Below, piece by piece: positions 49,778 to 59,113 of a stretch of DNA of 64,000 nucleotides (positions within the stretch are counted from its first letter, which is position 1; each line of letters begins with the position of its first letter). The stretch covers positions 119,358-183,357 of the IMG/VR virus record IMGVR_UViG_3300032268_000973. One strand, given 5' to 3'. Source of the DNA: a virus. The position numbers and the translations under genes were made by a program. The notes beneath the pieces are model-generated. The model was not told where the DNA came from, ran no database searches, and saw only the letters and a program-made list of their open reading frames with translations.

Positions 49778-50158
49778 TTACGCAGCGTCAAATCCGAAAC
49801 TCATAGTCATAACATGTCTTTCTTCCAATTCAAATTCTATTGAGGCTATAATAGGGGAATCACTAACTATTCCTTTGTCATTTTTAACCAATTTGAAATC
49901 TTTTGTTATCACATACATATTGAGATAATCGGTTATCATCTTTGTGATTTCAATCAATTGGGATGAGAATTCTAGTGGCGTAGGAACCCAAGGCCAAAGA
50001 TAATCACACTCTATGAAAATCGTGTAACCATCTAATAAGTCTGGTGACCCATGAAAATCAAGACTTAGATCAATAATATCAAATTGATCCTTACTCGCCA
50101 TTTTTACTAAATAATTCAATTTTTGAGTTAAAATTTTCGTGGATTTCTGATAGTCCAT
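49778..50158 (-). CDS. Hypothetical protein
   Basis: Probable start MDYQ at 50158; TATTTAT about 40 nt upstream. Confidence 0.55.
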   Translation of the reverse strand: MDYQKSTKILTQKLNYLVKMASKDQFDIIDLSLDFHGSPDLLDGYTIFIECDYLWPWVPTPLEFSSQLIEITKMITDYLNMYVITKDFKLVKNDKGIVSDSPIIASIEFELEERHVMTMSFGFDAA

Positions 50159-50211
50159 AATCTTTATTTTTCTTCGGAAAAAATTTATATTATCAATATA
50201 AATAGCAAGAT

Positions 50212-50523
50212 ATGTCATTTCAAGTCATTGTAACCGAAAAAGAAATTTTAGATACCCCAAATTATTTTGAATTGGGTAAATTGATCAACAACAAATATTG
50301 GCAAGCAAAAAGGGACTCTGAAGGACCCCAAATTGATGATGAACACTTTGGTCTAACCATTGATGAAAATGGTCTGGTGACCTCCATAAATCGTCCTGAT
50401 GACCATGAGGATTGTGTTCTGTGTGGGAAAAAAACACCATACTTAAAATCAACAAACATTAATTTTAGGCATGGATATGTTGAAGGTGCAGGACAGTTGT
50501 GTTCGGATTGTTCTGAAAAATAA
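50212..50523 (+). CDS. Hypothetical protein with C-terminal zinc ribbon
   Basis: CVLCG...YVEGAGQLCSDC. Confidence 0.65.
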   Translation: MSFQVIVTEKEILDTPNYFELGKLINNKYWQAKRDSEGPQIDDEHFGLTIDENGLVTSINRPDDHEDCVLCGKKTPYLKSTNINFRHGYVEGAGQLCSDCSEK

Positions 50524-50600
50524 TTGAAAAAAATTTCAATTAGGGTTTTGTATACTCACCATACATGGTTATATTTGTATTCACAAAAACACTCTGACAT

Positions 50601-51179
50601 ATGACAGCTACTGAAGATCTCCAAAAAATCATTGACTACAAAGGTTCGAATAGTTTTGTTAACAACATCGCATCAAAACTTCAAATGTATGGATCTCTAA
50701 CAGACAAACAAAGAGAAACAGCCCTAAATCAGATCAGAAAAGAGGAGGACCAAGAGAAGGTTAAAAGAATGAACTGGCCTACCATCGGACAAACGATCAA
50801 AGTTGGTAGAAAAGTTGGGGAAGGACTCAAGAAAAAATACGGTTTGAAGTTTAATCCCGTGTTACTTGACATCACTTCTCTGAGAGCGGTTTCTTCTAAA
50901 GCGGTCCTTTTCACAGGAAAAATGACCATCAAAAGAGGGAATGTTTGCACTTGTTGTTTGAGAACTTTGACTGATGAGTTTTCGATGTTGACTGGAATGG
51001 GAAAGATTTGTGCTGGTCATCTTGGTGTTACATATATCACAGACGCTTCTGAAGTTACTCGATTCAGAGAAGAATATCTTCAAAGAGTAGAAGAAATTGG
51101 GGAAATGGAATTTTGGGTTCCAAGAAACCAAATCGTAAAGTGGGACGGATCCACAAGCCGAATTTTGAGATATATGTAA
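50601..51179 (+). CDS. DUF6011-like zinc-binding protein
   Basis: CTCCLRTLTDEFSMLTGMGKICA; promoter TTTG(50547)-N19-TATATTTG(50570). Confidence 0.6.
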   Translation: MTATEDLQKIIDYKGSNSFVNNIASKLQMYGSLTDKQRETALNQIRKEEDQEKVKRMNWPTIGQTIKVGRKVGEGLKKKYGLKFNPVLLDITSLRAVSSKAVLFTGKMTIKRGNVCTCCLRTLTDEFSMLTGMGKICAGHLGVTYITDASEVTRFREEYLQRVEEIGEMEFWVPRNQIVKWDGSTSRILRYM

Positions 51180-51257
51180 TCAAAAACCCCCAACATTGTT
51201 GGGGGTTTTTATTTTTTTATAAATTGATGATATATATGTAAAAAATTACATATAATA

Positions 51258-51659
51258 TTGATGGAAAAATTCGATCCTTATCATCAACATCTATTAGTAA
51301 AATGTTGGGCAACTAATCCTCCGAGGGAAGAGGAGGTATTAAACAAATGGTTTATAAACTTAGTTGAAACGGTGGGGATGAAAGTTGTGGCAGGACCTAC
51401 AAGTATATATGTTTCAGATCCAGGTAATGAAGGGTTGACAGGGACCGTCACCCTTGCTACTTCTCATGCTTCCATTCATATTTGGGATAATTTGGAGTTA
51501 CCCATGATACAGTTTGACATTTACAGTTGTAAGTGTTTTACATTGGAACAAGTCATGGATTGTTTCGAACCATTCGGACTTGTGAAATCTGAATGGATTA
51601 TGATTGATAGGAACGATAAACCAACAATCATTTCAGAAGGAAGTTGGTGGAAAAAATAA
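51258..51659 (+). CDS. speD: S-adenosylmethionine decarboxylase proenzyme (class 1B)
   Basis: HQHLL, GLTGTVTLAT/SHASIHIW pyruvoyl site and QFDIYSCK. Confidence 0.8.
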   Translation: MMEKFDPYHQHLLVKCWATNPPREEEVLNKWFINLVETVGMKVVAGPTSIYVSDPGNEGLTGTVTLATSHASIHIWDNLELPMIQFDIYSCKCFTLEQVMDCFEPFGLVKSEWIMIDRNDKPTIISEGSWWKK

Positions 51660-51690
51660 GTGGTTAAAATTAACCACTTATTTTTTTTTA
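51654..51690 (+). terminator. Intrinsic terminator (14-bp stem)
   Basis: aaataagtggttaa-aa-ttaaccacttattt followed by a T-run. Confidence 0.7.
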
Positions 51691-51739
51691 TAGATTATTT
51701 TCTTTACTTTTAGGGGTTGAAACTCACTAAAAAAAAGAT

Positions 51740-51919
51740 ATGAACAAATTCAAAAAATCAGAGTTGGCACTATTGGTATTGGTGTTAATTCTCATCATGA
51801 TATCGGAATACTACTTTGTATTTCTGAACGAACCTCTCAAAGCCATCTTTATCGGGTTATGGTGCCCTACCATTTTAGGATTCGTAATGATTTTTAACTT
51901 AAAAAAAAGAAATGGATAA
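51740..51919 (+). CDS. Small two-TM membrane protein (59 aa; not in track)
   Basis: Own translation MNKFKKSELALLVLVLILIMISEYYFVFLNEPLKAIFIGLWCPTILGFVMIFNLKKRNG. Confidence 0.65.
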   Translation: MNKFKKSELALLVLVLILIMISEYYFVFLNEPLKAIFIGLWCPTILGFVMIFNLKKRNG

Positions 51920-52274
51920 CATAGGGATTTTAATTTTGTCAATATTTGTGATGATAGCATTTTTGGTTTTCATCATCGCATCTATTAAAGAAATCTCCAA
52001 AATGGAGAAGGAACCGTATCAGTATAAAAAACCTGTATTCGGTAGAGACGCACTTTTTTACATTTTAGAAAATTTCTTCAATGATAAAAGTTTATCTGAA
52101 ACAGAGAAAAAATCTTTATTGAAAACAATCGACAGGACCATTTCTGATATGGAGTCCGATGGAATGTATTTTCCTGAAGAAATTAAAGATGAACTCGAAA
52201 AACAACGTGAAGAACTTTACTGTGAGTATAGTGGATTACCTTCACCCAAATCATATAACACAGACCAAGTCTAA
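51912..52274 (+). CDS. Membrane-anchored hypothetical protein
   Basis: N-terminal TM; C-terminal CEYSGLPSP. Confidence 0.65.
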   Translation: MDNIGILILSIFVMIAFLVFIIASIKEISKMEKEPYQYKKPVFGRDALFYILENFFNDKSLSETEKKSLLKTIDRTISDMESDGMYFPEEIKDELEKQREELYCEYSGLPSPKSYNTDQV

Positions 52275-52278
52275 GATT

Positions 52279-52515
52279 ATGAAAAAGGAAATAAAAGTTG
52301 AAATGCGTAAATCCGCATTTGTTGATTTAGAAGATTATTGTGTCGGATCAATGGGAGACAGAAAAGGTAAAGGTGACTTTTTGGAAGTCACGGAATGGAC
52401 TAATGGAGAAGGATATGATATTCACATAGAAGACTCGAGTGGGTCAACTCGATTCATGTTGACTTGGGGACAGTTCGAAGCGATGAAAAAATGTATAAAA
52501 GTAATTGATAAATAA
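52279..52515 (+). CDS. Hypothetical protein
   Basis: Probable start MKKEIKVEMR at 52279. Confidence 0.6.
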   Translation: MKKEIKVEMRKSAFVDLEDYCVGSMGDRKGKGDFLEVTEWTNGEGYDIHIEDSSGSTRFMLTWGQFEAMKKCIKVIDK

Positions 52516-52579
52516 AATAACTATGGTATATATTGATGTAGAGCCATAAAATAATAATTTTTTATTATATTTATACCTG

Positions 52580-53392
52580 ATGAAAGTTTGTATCAAAAGT
52601 CAAAAGTCGGAAGTCAATCAGGGCCAATTGGAGGTTATTTCTTCATTTATTAAATTCCTACAAAGCCAACTTCCGTTATCTTCAGAGGTAGAGGTCAATC
52701 TTACTAGTGATCGAGATACAACCGTTACCACTGGTGTAAGAATGCCAGGAAACAAAATGTATGTTTTAGCTAAGGGAAGGATGTTGATTGACATTTTGAG
52801 AACCATATCTCATGAGTGGGTCCATGAATATCAATATCAGAAAATGGGATTGGATGACAAACAAAAAATACAAGACATCGGGGGTCCCGAGGAGAATATG
52901 AGTAATGTTCTCTCAGGTATTTTTATTAAGAAGTTCGACAAACAAAACCCTGACTTCAAAAACAGACTTTACGAAGCTAAAAAAGTCGTTTCTTTTCGGA
53001 GAAAAAAAGATCCCATTGATGATGAAATAGAAGAAATAGAAAGAACGGTGGAGGATTTGTCAAGAAAGGGAATCGAAACATCAGTCGAGGATGTTGTTAA
53101 GGCATTCAGAAATGGTGTTGAAATCGAAATTCCTATAATGGTTTGGGCTAAATTGGAAAACACGCATTCCAACCTCATTAAGATGGGTGAAATGGATAAG
53201 GTAAAGAAAATTGCTAAAGAGTTTAACAAAACCAATCCAATGAAATTAGCTAAAGATCTTAAGAGTGGAGTTTATGATAGACCACTAATACTTAAATTTG
53301 GAGACACATATTATTTGGTCGCTGGAAATACTCGTTTGTCTACAGCGGCAGCTTTGGGGATGAGACCAATTGTAATCATAGGGGAAATTTAA
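52580..53392 (+). CDS. Zincin (HExxH) domain fused to a ParB/Srx-like domain
   Basis: DILRTISHEWVHEYQ; C-terminal RPLILKFGDTYYLVAGNTRLSTA; junction RLYEAKK. Confidence 0.65.
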   Translation: MKVCIKSQKSEVNQGQLEVISSFIKFLQSQLPLSSEVEVNLTSDRDTTVTTGVRMPGNKMYVLAKGRMLIDILRTISHEWVHEYQYQKMGLDDKQKIQDIGGPEENMSNVLSGIFIKKFDKQNPDFKNRLYEAKKVVSFRRKKDPIDDEIEEIERTVEDLSRKGIETSVEDVVKAFRNGVEIEIPIMVWAKLENTHSNLIKMGEMDKVKKIAKEFNKTNPMKLAKDLKSGVYDRPLILKFGDTYYLVAGNTRLSTAAALGMRPIVIIGEI

Positions 53393-53408
53393 AATTATAA
53401 AAAATTAG

Positions 53409-53804
53409 ATGGAACATCAGAGTTCAAACAGAGATAAGTCAAAGAATGGAACTGCATTTGAAAAGGAATTTACAGATTTGACAGGTATCGAAAAATTAAG
53501 AAAAAAAGACAAACCTCATTTCATCAATTCTCACGGATTAAGTCAAATCGTTGATTTTGATTATAAAACAACCATAGGAGGGAATACATCCTGCATAGAT
53601 GTATCAACCACTTTCAGGAGTGATAGACTGAAACAAAAGGCATATAATGCTTTGATGATGAAGCAAAATGCGAATGTGGACTGTAAATTTTATATGGTGG
53701 TTAAATCATTAACTGAAAATGGTAAGACCAAGAAACCTGTATTGATCGAAGGTATGGATGGGGTTTTAGAAATTGGTGAATTTATAAAATTATTGAACAC
53801 CTGA
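53409..53804 (+). CDS. Free-standing PD-(D/E)XK nuclease-like protein
   Basis: GTAFEKEF...IVDFDY...IDVSTTFRSDRLKQK. Confidence 0.5.
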   Translation: MEHQSSNRDKSKNGTAFEKEFTDLTGIEKLRKKDKPHFINSHGLSQIVDFDYKTTIGGNTSCIDVSTTFRSDRLKQKAYNALMMKQNANVDCKFYMVVKSLTENGKTKKPVLIEGMDGVLEIGEFIKLLNT

Positions 53805-54452
53805 TTGTTTGTTTTCTTTGAATTCGTAAAAGAAATTGTCTTCATCTCCCACGGACCACTTGGTTCCTTTTTCACAAATAAATTCTTTGGTCGATACTTT
53901 AAAATCGGGTTTATTTATTCCAAATGGGGTTAGTGATTGATCATAAAACAGAATTCTATTGTTAGGTTGAGCAGCAAACTGTCCATTATCCAATTTGATG
54001 ATATTGAATGATTTATGTTCATTCGGAGTTTCAGATAAAGACACATTGATCTCATTTGGTTCTGAACTACAGGAGTCGATTGTGAACATATACTGACCTT
54101 TATAAAACTGTTTATCTTTCATATAGACCATTACGTCTAACATAGATAATGTTTTCTTTTCAATCACAGATATGTTGTAAGAAAATGCATCCCATATCTC
54201 CAAAAAATCTAAAGGTAGTAATTCTTCATCAACTACGTCAGTTTTCCAAACATAAGCGGAAATTGGTAGCTTGTCATAAAGAGCTCCGTAATTATCTAAC
54301 AGTGATTCGATGTATAAAGCTTTCCCTTTTACTGATTTGACACTTACCCAATAACAAGGTTCAAACTCACCAAATCCTTTCTGAAAATCATAAAGGTATT
54401 CTTTCCTTATGTAACATTGTACGGGAGGAATATTCGCAACTAAGTAACTCAT
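53790..54452 (-). CDS. Conserved phage hypothetical protein
   Basis: YLVANIPP..CYIRKEYLYD...EHKSFNIIKLDNGQFAAQPNNR; TATTTAT 4 nt upstream. Confidence 0.7.
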   Translation of the reverse strand: MSYLVANIPPVQCYIRKEYLYDFQKGFGEFEPCYWVSVKSVKGKALYIESLLDNYGALYDKLPISAYVWKTDVVDEELLPLDFLEIWDAFSYNISVIEKKTLSMLDVMVYMKDKQFYKGQYMFTIDSCSSEPNEINVSLSETPNEHKSFNIIKLDNGQFAAQPNNRILFYDQSLTPFGINKPDFKVSTKEFICEKGTKWSVGDEDNFFYEFKENKQSGVQ

Positions 54453-54503
54453 ATTGATAAATAGAAATTATATTGTTATTTTTAAATTATAAAAGTTATT
54501 ATT

Positions 54504-54848
54504 ATGGAATTAAATAAGTTTTTAGAGAAAGTTTCATGGAAACTACACAGAGTCAGTTTCAAAGTTAGTTTATTTACTATTGGGTATTATGGAGATTCTT
54601 CATCATTCAATTTTAGATTTTTTACGGTTCTTAATAAACTCCGTGAGAGCTCATTATTGGCGTTTTCCTTCAGGTTACCAAATAAAACTCATGTTAAGAG
54701 GTTTGTTGTTGACCATTGGGATTTTTTGTTTTTAAGACATTCTTTATATAAAAAATTTGAAAGGTTAATTGATAAGGAATTGTGGACAGTTAGAGGACTT
54801 ACAAAAACTGAAGAATTCAAACGTAGACTTTTGTCAAAATTATTCTGA
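54504..54848 (+). CDS. Hypothetical protein
   Basis: 114 aa. Confidence 0.5.
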   Translation: MELNKFLEKVSWKLHRVSFKVSLFTIGYYGDSSSFNFRFFTVLNKLRESSLLAFSFRLPNKTHVKRFVVDHWDFLFLRHSLYKKFERLIDKELWTVRGLTKTEEFKRRLLSKLF

Positions 54849-54868
54849 TTTCATGGTATTTATATACA

Positions 54869-55585
54869 ATGAGAGATCTTATTCGAAGAATTTTACGAGA
54901 GGAAACAAGTGACAGATTTGGGCCATTGATTAAAAAGTTGTTGGGCAAAAAAATGCCAGCGGCTTATGTAGACCAAATTTGTGATATTCAAGTTGAAAAG
55001 TTTTCATACGAATGGGGAGACACATATAATGTAAAAGTGATTTTTGACATAGGATCAGGAATTGATCAAGTTGATCACGAGTCCATGCTTTGGGAAATTT
55101 ATGATTTGATGTATACATATTTTTCAGTGTCTGCAAATGTTGGATTAGAATTTACTCGTGGTTGTAAAGAAGGGATAAATGAACAATCTGAAGACAAACT
55201 TGTTCCACTAATTCGAAGATTGTTACGTAAAAGAATTATTGAAACCTATAGTGATGAGGTTTGTGACATCAAAGTCAATGTTTTTAATACCCGAAGTGTG
55301 GATTATAAGAGATATTGGATTGATTTGATATTTGATGGTAATAATCTATCCTCCATTTACAGTATCAAAAATATTATGGATGAAACCAGCAATTTGGTTA
55401 AAGGTTATTTTAATATTCAACCATTTATGAATTCCCAAATTGTTGATGGTTGTGAAGAGGAACAACTCAAGGGAGAACAAAACGAAGGTGAGATCACCGA
55501 AAGATGCTGGAAAGGTTATACTCAAAAGGGTATGAAGACAATGTTTGGCAAACGATATCCTAATTGTGTTAAGAAGAAAAAGTAA
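54869..55585 (+). CDS. (I/L)xE-leader protein with two tandem domains and a C-terminal CWKGY...PNCV module
   Basis: MRDLIRRILREE; repeats PLIKKLL...ICDIQV and PLIRRLL...VCDIKV, separated by GINEQ; ITE/RCWKGY...YPNCVKKKK. Confidence 0.7.
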   Translation: MRDLIRRILREETSDRFGPLIKKLLGKKMPAAYVDQICDIQVEKFSYEWGDTYNVKVIFDIGSGIDQVDHESMLWEIYDLMYTYFSVSANVGLEFTRGCKEGINEQSEDKLVPLIRRLLRKRIIETYSDEVCDIKVNVFNTRSVDYKRYWIDLIFDGNNLSSIYSIKNIMDETSNLVKGYFNIQPFMNSQIVDGCEEEQLKGEQNEGEITERCWKGYTQKGMKTMFGKRYPNCVKKKK

Positions 55586-56127
55586 TGAATTTACACGAAA
55601 ACATAAATAGGATAAAAGAAGTAATGGGGGTTATTTTAGAACAAGAAGATTCTTCCATGTTTGATTTTAATAAGACAACTTACGTTCCTGAAGACAAATC
55701 AATTGTCGGGGCTTACATGATTATAGGAGAAGATGAGAAAACAATAGAAGTTCTCAACATCAAGGAAATTCATCCTGAGGATAAGTTTTATATGGACGGT
55801 GCCAAAGTTTATCATTTGAGTGTCAAAAAGGCAAGACTTCCAAAGTCTCAAATTGAAATTTTAAGTGGTGTAGATGATAAGGAAGGATTCAATTTTATAA
55901 AAATTCCTTATTGGTTATATAAGAAATTAGAGTTCGATTTGAAAGTTGAAAGGATTGAAGGGAAAAAAAGATTAGACATAACCGCAAAACAAAGTAAGGA
56001 CAAAAACTTTTTAACTCAAATTAGTGATCCGAATGTTGAAACATACATATCTGTGGTAAACCCTGATAAATCAGGTATGGATATGTTAAAATATACAATA
56101 CTCAGAGGGGTAAAATACATGGACTAA
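55585..56127 (+). CDS. MNLxExINRIKEVMG-leader protein
   Basis: Leader shared with 57165 and 57809; unrelated body. Confidence 0.7.
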   Translation: MNLHENINRIKEVMGVILEQEDSSMFDFNKTTYVPEDKSIVGAYMIIGEDEKTIEVLNIKEIHPEDKFYMDGAKVYHLSVKKARLPKSQIEILSGVDDKEGFNFIKIPYWLYKKLEFDLKVERIEGKKRLDITAKQSKDKNFLTQISDPNVETYISVVNPDKSGMDMLKYTILRGVKYMD

Positions 56128-56208
56128 CTAAAGACTCAAAATAAGAATTGGGCTCTTGACGATGTGTCAAAAAACAATTAAATTATAATTCTTAAACAAA
56201 TTTTATTT

Positions 56209-56547
56209 ATGGATATTTTACAAATCATCGGATGGGCATTGTCCGTCGCAACAGGATTATTTTTGGGCAAAGGCGCAATCGAGAAAATCATCGGGACCAA
56301 AGAAATGGTGGGGAACTTTGCTTATATGAAGTTAGAGAAGTATAGACTTCTCACAGGTATAGGAGAATTATTGGCAGTTGTATTATTGTTGATTCCAATG
56401 ACCTCATTGTTCGGAGCAATTCTAATTGCATCTTTCATGAGTGCCGCCGCTGTAATGCACTTATCTCTTATGGGTGGAGCCAAAACTTATATTCCCATTT
56501 TGGTAGGAGTGGCAGGTCTCTTAGGACATTTTCTAAGAGCTATTTAA
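56209..56547 (+). CDS. DoxX-like membrane protein
   Basis: Four TM helices; GKGAIEK...GIGELLAVVLLLIP...MSAAAVMHL. Confidence 0.75.
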   Translation: MDILQIIGWALSVATGLFLGKGAIEKIIGTKEMVGNFAYMKLEKYRLLTGIGELLAVVLLLIPMTSLFGAILIASFMSAAAVMHLSLMGGAKTYIPILVGVAGLLGHFLRAI

Positions 56548-56552
56548 TGAAG

Positions 56553-56579
56553 ACCCTCACCCAAAAGGTGGGGGTTTTT
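56553..56579 (+). repeat. Repeated terminator hairpin, copy 1
   Basis: ACCCTCACCCAAAAGGTGGGGGTTTTT; identical copy at 57116-57142 and a 1-mismatch copy at 61260-61286. Confidence 0.85.
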
Positions 56580-56616
56580 TAATTTCGTAGATATTTATAT
56601 GAAACTTAAAAATCAT

Positions 56617-57075
56617 ATGAAAAAAATAATAAGATTAACCGAATCAGACTTAACAAGATTGGTTAGAAGAGTAATTAAAGAACAATCAGATATGAGAAAC
56701 TTATCGATTATTTATGATTGTTCAGGACTAGATGCATCAGAAGTTGAATTAAGTGAAATAAATTCAATAGTAGATGGTTTATATGATGCAACAAATGGAT
56801 TAGATTTTGGTTCAAACTGGGATGAAAATGGTATTGTTCAAGCATTAGAACAGGGTGATGGTCGATTAGCCAAATCCGCCAATCAATTATTGGCTTGTTT
56901 TATGAAAAGAATGAGTATACCTATTGTCGATAATAATCCTTTACTAACAATATGTAAAAAGGCATTTACTACAGGTATAAATGTTCCAGGGTTAAGAACG
57001 GATTTCGGCGATAAGGATAACAAAGCCGCAGCACAAAAGGCTTTAGCTAATCTTGGAATTATGGGTCGAATATAA
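56617..57075 (+). CDS. IIRLTESDL-leader protein with a degenerate annexin-like segment
   Basis: MKKIIRLTESDLTRLVRRVIKEQ; IVDGLYDATNGLDFGSNWDENGIVQAL. The track start at 56599 abuts TATTTAT, so 56617 is preferred. Confidence 0.65.
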   Translation: MKKIIRLTESDLTRLVRRVIKEQSDMRNLSIIYDCSGLDASEVELSEINSIVDGLYDATNGLDFGSNWDENGIVQALEQGDGRLAKSANQLLACFMKRMSIPIVDNNPLLTICKKAFTTGINVPGLRTDFGDKDNKAAAQKALANLGIMGRI

Positions 57076-57115
57076 TTTATAAAGTAATGTAAGTTATTGA
57101 TGGGATAACAAATTA

Positions 57116-57142
57116 ACCCTCACCCAAAAGGTGGGGGTTTTT
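57116..57142 (+). repeat. Repeated terminator hairpin, copy 2
   Basis: Identical to copy 1; followed by TATTTAT at 57154. Confidence 0.85.
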
Positions 57143-57164
57143 CATTACACAGATATTTATTAAC

Positions 57165-57785
57165 ATGAATCTACAGGAAGATATAAATCGGATTAAAGAA
57201 GTGATGGGGATTAACGAAAATCGAAATCTTTTTTTTATAAGAAGACAGGACGAATTTCTTGAAGATGTGCTTAACTCGTTCGATTGGGTGGAAGCTCAAG
57301 AATCGAATACTTTTGAAGAATATGTCGAGGATATTTTGAGGCACTCTATAGATTCCTTATTTGGTTATAATAATATTCTTGTGACTAATGAAGAAATAGA
57401 TGAGTTAATCCCAACAGCTCTTCACATATTACGTAGTAAAGAGAAACTATATAACCAAATCAAAGGATTTTGGTATAGACAATTATCTTCAAGAGTCGAT
57501 GAATCAAAGGAAATGGTCCCATTAAAAAGAAGAATACATTTATTAGATGAATACATTGAACTTGCTTACGATTGGCTATCACCAAGAAGATTTGATAACT
57601 TTGAACATTTTCTAAAGAGAGTTGTATTCTCAGCAACAAGAGATTTCGTTCACGATGAAATGGGAGGAGAATATAAAAACCAGTTGGATATTCGTGATAA
57701 GTTTGAGCCAATGGTTGTGGACTACATCAAGAGAAATAAAGAACTCTATGATAAGATTTATAATTATTATATGTCCAACATATAA
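57165..57785 (+). CDS. MNLQE-leader protein with two xxRR repeat modules
   Basis: LFFIRRQ...FDWV...NTFEEYV and PLKRRI...YDWLSPRRFDNFEHFL. Confidence 0.72.
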   Translation: MNLQEDINRIKEVMGINENRNLFFIRRQDEFLEDVLNSFDWVEAQESNTFEEYVEDILRHSIDSLFGYNNILVTNEEIDELIPTALHILRSKEKLYNQIKGFWYRQLSSRVDESKEMVPLKRRIHLLDEYIELAYDWLSPRRFDNFEHFLKRVVFSATRDFVHDEMGGEYKNQLDIRDKFEPMVVDYIKRNKELYDKIYNYYMSNI

Positions 57786-57808
57786 GGATTGCATCGATAG
57801 TTATTGAT

Positions 57809-58753
57809 ATGAATTTACAAGAAAACATAAATAGGATTAAAGAGGTCATGGGGATCAATGAGAGCTATGATCTTTTTTTTAAGAGGAGAGAGTCTCAATT
57901 CTTAGAACATTTGATTTATGCTTTCGAATGGTTGGACCCAAAACGATTTAATAGTTTTACAGAATTTGTTTATTCGATTTTGGATCACGCGATCCTTACC
58001 TTTTTTAATGCCAGTGGCAATTGGAAATTGGAACCTGAAGAACGAAAAAAAGCTCTCCCACTTGCCCTTCAAATATTGCGTAGTAACGTTGATCTTTTTG
58101 AGAGAATTAAAGATGAATATAATCAGAATTTTTGGGCGACGGATGAGGACTTTTGGGGAATAAATGAAAGTAGAGAATTGGATTTTTTCAAAAGGAGAAA
58201 GGATCAAATTTATGAATTTATTGTAAGTGAATTCGGTAGCACCCTTCCATCATTTTATGATTCATTCGAAGATTATCTTTCAGATATTGTTAATAGCACA
58301 ATCGATCAATTTTATTTTAAGTCCGACAGATCTTGGAACCCTTCAGGAGAAAATGTTGGTCAACTCAGAGAATTCATAACAAGACTCATATATAATGATC
58401 GGCCACTTTTCAATGAGATGAAAAGTTTTTACTATGACAATAACCCAAACATTTCTGAAGAAGAAATGATGAATGAGCAAAATACATCCGCATTTGTTAA
58501 ACGAAGACTACCTGATCTTATAGATGGGGTTCTCCAAGCGGCAAAATGGTATTCTCCGAGAATGATGCCCGACTTTGACACATTCATATATAGAGCAATA
58601 TACTCGGGAATCATAAATGTAATCCCTGATGACTATCTCGATTCAAATATCGAAGAAATTAGAGAGCTAGAAGAAACACTACAGAAAACATTCCTTACCG
58701 ACAAGAACTTGTTTAATCAGATAAAAGCAATCTACGACAAGGGGATGATGTAA
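57809..58753 (+). CDS. MNLQE-leader protein with three xxRR repeat modules
   Basis: FFKRRE..., FFKRRK... and FVKRRL... modules separated by GINES / MMNEQ. Confidence 0.72.
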   Translation: MNLQENINRIKEVMGINESYDLFFKRRESQFLEHLIYAFEWLDPKRFNSFTEFVYSILDHAILTFFNASGNWKLEPEERKKALPLALQILRSNVDLFERIKDEYNQNFWATDEDFWGINESRELDFFKRRKDQIYEFIVSEFGSTLPSFYDSFEDYLSDIVNSTIDQFYFKSDRSWNPSGENVGQLREFITRLIYNDRPLFNEMKSFYYDNNPNISEEEMMNEQNTSAFVKRRLPDLIDGVLQAAKWYSPRMMPDFDTFIYRAIYSGIINVIPDDYLDSNIEEIRELEETLQKTFLTDKNLFNQIKAIYDKGMM

Positions 58754-58756
58754 TAC

Positions 58757-59089
58757 TCATACTGTCTTACAAGATTCAACAGGAGTTAAAACCTTTTCAC
58801 CACCAGAGTTAATCACAAAACCATACTTAGGTCTACTCCACACCCATTCATTCAAGATAATATCCGCGGTACACTTAGTCACGGAGAACATCGATGACAA
58901 TGTTTCGATGATTTCCTTTCGCTGATCGAACCAACTACCCTTACCTCTATTTATTGGTCTATTGTCGAACCAATCCTCTTGTCTCTCTACATCAAAGGTT
59001 TGCACAATATCCCCCAAGAAATCCATCTCGAGTATGTATATCTCAGGATACCTCAAATCCAAATACTTAAACATTAACTTCTTCTTCAT
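58757..59089 (-). CDS. Hypothetical protein
   Basis: 110 aa. Confidence 0.6.
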   Translation of the reverse strand: MKKKLMFKYLDLRYPEIYILEMDFLGDIVQTFDVERQEDWFDNRPINRGKGSWFDQRKEIIETLSSMFSVTKCTADIILNEWVWSRPKYGFVINSGGEKVLTPVESCKTV

Positions 59090-59113
59090 ACCCTAAAGGT
59101 AATACATTTCGGA

